Under the pieces are notes generated by a model, which did not search any database, had not been told where the DNA came from, and worked only from the letters and a program-made list of their open reading frames with translations. Of a DNA stretch of 64,000 bases, positions 12,021 to 64,000 are shown piece by piece (within the stretch, counting starts at the first letter, position 1; each line of letters opens with the position of its first letter). A program made the position numbers and the translations under genes. Location of the stretch: positions 70,562,826 to 70,626,825 of the forward strand of contig NC_068990.1 in NCBI RefSeq assembly GCF_001194135.2, read 5' to 3'. The stretch is from Octopus bimaculoides (Eukaryota).

Positions 12021-14219
12021 TAATAATTACTCACCATATCATGGTTCACTTGTTGTGCCCTCAGTGCATTATAGATTTTTCTGGCTAATATATGTAAATG
12101 TATATTGTGGACTCCTCAGTATATTGCACGTTTCTGCAGCCGATAAGTATTTATATTTATTTTAGATTTCAATTATTTCTTTGGTAAAATAAGCATTTTC
12201 AATAAATTAATAAATAAAAATGCAGTATAGTACTGCACTGTATAACACATAAATTAAAATATATTAAGAGAAAATACACGGTGTACTGTAGATGAGTAAA
12301 CAAAGAATTGCTCATATTGTATGGAAAACAAAACTTGGGAGGCAAGTGTGTGGTGTTGTTTTGTATTTATAATAAAATGAATATATACATTTTCTTATGA
12401 TGGTTGAAATGGTTTTGGTATATACTCTTTTACTTGTTTCAGTCATTTGACTGCAGCCATGCTGGAGCACCGCCTTTAAAGACAAGTGTTGTCATTATGG
12501 CTGTGTTTGTGGAATGTATTGTTTATAACAGGAAGTAACAACAGTTTCTGTTTGTACAATTTGACATGTTTGGATTATTACAACTGACAACCCTTTAGAA
12601 CAATACAAGTAACTTTATTACAAAGAGAAGTGGATGGAAAATGAGGAAAATTTTTTAATGTGACACTTTAATAAACATTTCTAATATAGTGCAAGGCCAC
12701 AAAATTGAAGTGGGTGCAGGTCTGTCATTTATACAAAATCTTAGTACAAAATCCTTGGCTCAAAAGGGTGAAAATTTTTCTAACTTAGAGAGGTAGAACA
12801 AATACTGCAATGCATTTTGTCTGGTGCTCTAGTGATTTTACCATTCCATTACTGTAAATGATTTTAAGAAATATAAATGACATAAGAAACTGCATTAAAG
12901 AAAAACAAAATGTTTCAGATGTCTTTTTTCCTTTTACTTGTTTCAGTTACAGGACTGTGGCCATGCTGGGGCACAGCCTTGACGGGTTTCATTGAACAAA
13001 TACACCCCAGTACTTGTTTTTAAGTTTGGCACTTATTCTTTTGTTGAACTGCTAAGTTACAGGGATGTAAACAAACCAACACCAGTTATAATGTGACTGC
13101 ACCTGAAACAAAGTGGTTGTACAGCGAGTTTCTTAACTGCACTGCCATGCCTATGCCTATACAAAGTTGATCTTCACAGAATTTGACCTCAGAGTGTAAT
13201 GAGTTGGAAGAAATATTGGTTTCAAATTTTGGTACAAAGCCAGCAATTTCAAGGAAGTGGGCAGCTTAATTACATTGACCCCAGATCTCAACTTATCTTA
13301 TTGACCCCAAAAGGATGAAAGGCAAAGTCAACTTTGGTGGAATTTGAAATCAGAATGCAAAGATGGATAAAATATCATTGAGCATTTTGCCCTGCATGCC
13401 AGTGATTCTGCCACCTTGCTGCCTTAAAGTTGGAAGAAATATTACAAAGTATTCTTCTTGATACTCTAACAGTTCTTATCTATTAATTCTTTTATCTTTT
13501 ATCTATTTGTTGCTCACAACAAATAAAAGAAATTCGTTTTGGGCAGGATCAAAAGCCCTTTTACTGTTAAAAGGTTTATTTTGTTATTGGAAAGTTCTAG
13601 CCAACTTTAAAGAAAAAGTATAATGTAATTCCTACACATTTTTTTCTCTCTCCATTTTTTTTCATTCTCTCTCCATTTTTTTCTTCTCAATCCTTTTATG
13701 TTGAAGAGCATAGGCCTGAAATATCAAAGACTTTTCCATTCTTCCTGAGCATTAAACTAATACACCTGCTTGTTATTCCCTCACCTATCTTCGTCTTTTG
13801 TTTTCTGTAAATTTGAACTATAATGTAGGAACCTTTGAGGAGAACCCACAAAACAACATGAACCGAGGAGGGAGCATGTATACAGTCACCTGCAAAAATA
13901 GCAACCAAATCTCTCTCATATCACATTATGCCAGCTTTAAAGAAGGAAAATATACAATGAATAATATTGTCCCAGGTACTCCTTATAAGGTGAAAGGGAT
14001 GATCTCGGATGGAATGCCTTTGATCACATGTCTCATCAGTTAATGTTGACCTGAGATCAGACAATAACACAGTGACCAGATTGGTGAGGATGTTGACACA
14101 CTTGTCAGCTAGTGGTGATCATCATATGACTGAAGATAGAAACATTAAAATGGATAAACAGGTGGAGCCTGTTGGTTTGTGAATACAAATTAAGAGTGGA
14201 AGTATTGAATTTGTTTGGT

Positions 14220-14665
14220 AATATGGAAGCGGTAGACCCAGGAAGACATGGGATGAGGTGGTGAAGTATGATCTTGAATGAAATGATTTTCAGATGTTTA
14301 GTCTCACATAGGTGATGACAAGTGACTGAGACCATTGGCGATTTGCTGTGCTTGAGAAGACATGTCAAGCTAAGAAAAATCATAGTCATGGCCAGTACTG
14401 GTGACACATGAAAGGCACCCATGCCAGTGATACATAAAAGGCACCCATACCAGTGATACATAAAAGGCACCCATACCAGTGACATGTAAAAGGCACCTAG
14501 TATACTCTGTGGAATGGTTGGTTTTATGAAGGGCTTTAAGCCGTAGAAACCAGGACAAAACAGACTGGAGCCTAGTGCAGCTCTCTGGCTTACCAGTCCC
14601 AATCAAACCATCTTACCTTGCTAGCATGGAAGCTAAATGACGACGATGATGATGATAATGATAGT
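14220..14665 (+). mobile_element. RTE 3' fragment/derivative with tandem aaaggcacccatRccagtgatacat units and (GAT)n tail
   Basis: Homologous to 5440-6033. Confidence 0.8.
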
Positions 14666-14828
14666 GGCATTTCGTCCATCTTTACATTCTGAATCCAAAT
14701 TTTGCCGAGGTCAACTTTGCCTTTTATCCTTTCAGGGTCAGTAAATTAAGTACCAGTGAAACACTGGATTGATGTAATCAACTAGTTCCCTTCCCACAAA
14801 TTTCAGGCCTGTGCCTTTAGTAGAAAGG

Positions 14829-14899
<71 letters not shown>

Positions 14900-14900
14900 G
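14665..14900 (+). mobile_element. Second tRNA-derived SINE family with Meta-like domain and (ATT)n tail. Other copies: about 33240-33425, 33425-33530, 40495-40635; antisense about 840-980, 1150-1350, 12700-12850, 13215-13430, 26965-27120, 32180-32390
   Basis: Consensus gttcaaattccgccgaggtcgactttgcctttcatcctttcggggtcgataaaataagtaccag resembles the Meta/Sauria SINE domain as recalled; ends gaaagg(att)n. Confidence 0.72.
14829..14898. repeat. (ATT)n microsatellite, representative of many (TA)n, (CA)n, (CT)n, (ATT)n and (GAT)n tracts, often TE tails
   Basis: Direct reading. Confidence 0.97.
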
Positions 14901-15323
14901 TGAGATATACTGGAACTATGATTCTGAGAAAAAAAAATTTTTTCCCTGCAAAATTTATTTTTTCAATATTTTTCTAAATATATATTTTGATTGCTTATCA
15001 TGGTTTTGCACTTTTCACTTTTTATCTTGAGCTAAAGTAGTAAAACAGTATTCATTGTTGATATATAGACACAAGATTTTGTGTTTATAGCTAAAGGGAC
15101 AAATAAAAGGTGTCATTAATAACATTATTGCTGTAAGAGAAGGGAAACAGAAAATTATCATTATCATATTTTCTTAAAATGGATTATTTCAAGGAAAATA
15201 ACTCTGACGGTAAGAGATTGTCTCCCCTAGGTGTAACCCTTTTACAACTGATATTAAAACACCATTTTTTTTCTTTTCTTTCTTCATAATTTCTAATGTG
15301 ATTATTGATATTTATATTTTCAG

Positions 15324-60658
<45,335 letters not shown>

Positions 60659-61891
60659 GTAAGGAACTTTTCATGACAGATTCATTACTATTTCAAACTT
60701 GTACTTCTCATAACATCACGTACTTGTACTCTTTATGATGGCTAATCTCATCAGTTTTAAAATTTTTGTAGTCTGACATCATATCTCTAGTTAGTACCTT
60801 TTAACATAAGGTCTCTGAATTCTGTACTTTGTGACTCCATATAACAGATATGTCCACAGTTTGAGTATGTTTTAAGTTGTTTGAACAATTCTGTGGAACA
60901 AAAATAACCAGTTGATCAACCTTAGTGCCCTTCTCACTCACTCTCTCTCTCTCTCTCTGTATATATATNNNNNNNNNNNNNNNNNNNNNNNNNNNNNNNN
61001 NNNNNNNNNNNNNNNNNNNNNNNNNNNNNNNNNNNNNNNNNNNNNNNNNNNNNNNNNNNNNNNNNNNNNNNNNNNNNNNNNNNNNNNNNNNNNNNNNNNN
61101 NNNNNNNNNNNNNNNNNNNNNNNNNNNNNNNNNNNNNNNNNNNNNNNNNNNNNNNNNNNNNNNNNNNNNNNNNNNNNNNNNNNNNNNNNNNNNNNNNNNN
61201 NNNNNNNNNNNNNNNNNNNNNNNNNNNNNNNNNNNNNNNNNNNNNNNNNNNNNNNNNNNNNNNNNNTTTTTTTTTTTTACTAAATAAACACACTATATAT
61301 TGGTTCTTCACTCGTTTATTACTGTTCTTATTCTAACTCATGTCTATTTTCCGGAAATCTTTCATCACACATCTGTAACATCCTCAGTAACACTTTCTGT
61401 CTTCGTGTGTGCTCCTGCTCTGTTTATTCCACAAATTCATAAATGTATACATATATATATATATTCATATATATTATAATAAAAAGGTAAAATCAATAAT
61501 AATTTTACCAGGTGGTCAGTGCGGAAATAAAAACCTCATAGGTAAATTTTACAAAATATTTTATAATTATATACATAATTATAACAAGGAATCAGAATTA
61601 CACCTCACCACACACTCCAAGAAATAGATGGTAAAGCCCCTATTACCACCTTAAAATCTCCGAGAATAACACTATATTGTAGGTGAGCAAAAGAAAAATA
61701 ATGAATCAACAAGGTTCTGTTAACTGTGTACAAGATCGTGTTTCAAGCTTAAAGTAAAAAATATTTCACCTATTGCTTTCATCAACGACAGTATTCCATT
61801 GCATAAATTCAATGCTTTAGCATCTATTTCTTGCAGTGTGTGGTGAGGCATAAAGCCAATCCCTTGTTATAATTATGTGTATAATTATAAA

Positions 61892-61930
<39 letters not shown>

Positions 61931-62604
61931 AAAAAATCTTCTTTAACTCTTCTTCCCTCCCACCCCAGCTAGCCAGTCATACTGTCTCTTAAGACAGTAA
62001 AACATTCCTTCAATATACACAAGAGAAAAAGGCCAGGTCAGTTCCTTCTCAATTTTATTCGATTGTCAAAGAATATGTATGAGAATATGTATATGTATAT
62101 GTATTTTTCCATATGTGTATTTTCATACACTGTTTTTAACAATTTCACCTTAATATGACAATCAGTATGTAACACTACAAAGTTCATACAAAGCTTTATA
62201 CTTTAAATATATTTTATCATCAAAGAATGTATATATGCATTTTAATACTCAGACTGTTTTTTAACATTTTTTATTATTCTCAAAGACTTTTGATAATCTT
62301 TTTCTAAAAAAGTGAAACCGGTTAAGTAAATAAATATTTTTTTAAAAATAAGTGCATTTTCAAACCTTCTTTCATATATATATATATATATATATATATT
62401 TCTTTGCAAACAACTTGCAGATGCAAGCGCTACCAGTTGAAAGCTCTTCATACCAAATGCTAACAAGCTTATGGGGTCATCAGATGAGGTTGCTTGTTAT
62501 TTTGGAGCCTTCCTCTCATTGGCTTCATTGCTCCCCAATTACTGAAATGAGGCCCCACTTGCTCGATCAATTGTTTTTAGGTTTCACTCAATTTTCTTCT
62601 CACC

Positions 62605-62810
62605 ATTGTTCATCATCTCTTTTTAACCAAATCCAGTGGTTTGCCTTCTCCACTGTAGTCCAGATATCACTCATGGTGGTATTTGCTTTATGACAAGTTA
62701 GGCCTAGCAACAACAACGGTCACCTCACATGTGTCCAGTGAATCCTCTTCATCCGACTTCAAGTGGAAAATGCTTTGTTTTCCAGCCCGCATCTTTACAT
62801 TCCTTGGGGA
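62605..62810 (-). mobile_element. Hero-clade (R2-superfamily) non-LTR element, extreme 3' ORF fragment
   Basis: ECKDAGWKTKHFPLEVG*RGF and, after a frameshift, TVEKANHWIWLKRDD; the EVGCRGF...WxWLKR terminus is typical of Hero RLE domains. Confidence 0.7.
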
Positions 62811-63692
62811 GGTTTTTATGACAGCTAATCTTTCAAGCCTGTGTGACTAACATGTCATCTTCATATTAAATGCATACATACACATATAGAACTGGAACTC
62901 CAGCGGTTACGATGATGAGTGTAGAAATCAGAAGCCCTTGTGTTAAAGGGTACAAACTAGAGATATGATGTCATAAACTCAAGGAGATTCAGTATGACAC
63001 AGAATGTGACAAAGCTGGCCCTTTAAATTACAGGCACAGCTTATTTTTACCAGCTGAGTGGACTGGAATAATGTGAAATAAAGTGTCTTGCTGAAAGACA
63101 CAACATGTTACTGGGAATCAAACTCACAAGCTTACAACCATGAGCCGAATACTCTAACCACTAAACTAACCTGTGAGCCTTCACACATACACACACACAC
63201 ATGCATATATACACATACTTATAAATATATATATATATATATCAGCATGCCTGCTATATCTACTTTACTCATTTCTACTGGAGTCAACACTATTTCATAT
63301 ATATCATTTAATGTATGTTGTATTAAAATAAGAGCTACTAATAGTTTCTTGCCATTAAGACACATGGTTAGCTAGGTTTTTATAACATGCATTGTGTCTT
63401 AATAGTGCTGGTACCACATAAAAAGCACTGGTACTGGTGCCACATAAAAAGCACCCAGTACACTCTGTAAAGTGGTTGGTGTTAGGAAGGGAATCCAGCC
63501 GTAGAAGTCATGCCAGGAGAGATAATGAAGCTTGGTGTGGCCCTTGGCCTTACCAGTTCCTGTCAAACCGTTCAACCCATGTCAGCATGGAAAATGGACA
63601 TTAAATGATGATGATGATGATGATGATGATGATCTCTGTGTGTGTGTATGTGTGTGCAGACTGACAGACAGACAGACAGATATATTGATCAA

Positions 63693-64000
63693 CAGGTGTG
63701 GAAGCAAGGTCTAGAATTGAAGGGCCTTAGAGTCAACCTAGCTAAAACCAAAATCCTAATAAGTAGGAAGGTAGATAAAACACAAACCCCTTCAAGTAGA
63801 TGGCCCTGCTCAGTATGTAGAAAAGGAGTAGGTAGTAACTCTATAAGATGTACCCGGTGCAAGCTATGGACACATAAGAGGTGCAGCAACATCAAAGGCA
63901 GGTTAACTAGCAAGTTAGTTTTTGTTTGTGGCAGATGTTCAGGTGCAATAAAGACTGCAAACAAACAGGAAACAACTTCTATCTCATTCCAGGGTGAAAA
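63693..64000 (+). mobile_element. 5'-truncated RTE LINE copy (same family as 2616-6033), runs off the window
   Basis: Open frame WKQGLELKGLRVNLAKTK...RWPCSVCRKGVGSNSIRCTRCKLWTHKRCSNIKGRLTSKLVFVCGRCSG. Confidence 0.92.

Overview
AT-rich, microsatellite-rich animal genomic DNA with seven N-gaps. The SINE and RTE families resemble those of coleoid cephalopods (Octopus-like); this is recognition from memory, not a database result. The window holds the middle of one intron-rich host gene on the + strand, UBA6 (ubiquitin-activating E1 enzyme 6). I could place 19 GT-AG coding exons between 15324 and 60658, including the ATP-binding GxGxxG motif and the catalytic Cys. The 5' exons lie upstream, the 3' exons downstream or in a gap, and about 70 aa of internal coding sequence cannot be found (probably in the 31156-32007 gap). 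The rest is probably intronic and dominated by decayed mobile elements: a near-full-length RTE LINE with a PHD-like finger in its RT, Tc1, hAT with a nested mariner, Tigger/pogo, R4/Dong, Hero and BovB-like fragments, Helitron ends, two tRNA-derived SINE families and about 17 RTE 3' tails. No intact transposase or RT ORF, tRNA, rRNA or CRISPR array is supported. The most interesting unexplained structures are: a sense-strand type I hammerhead ribozyme motif with a complete catalytic core (30935-31068) plus degenerate relatives; two long intronic foldbacks next to exons; a Merlin-like MITE filled with TTAGGG repeats; and a SINE whose middle appears replaced by an inverted copy of a neighbouring element.
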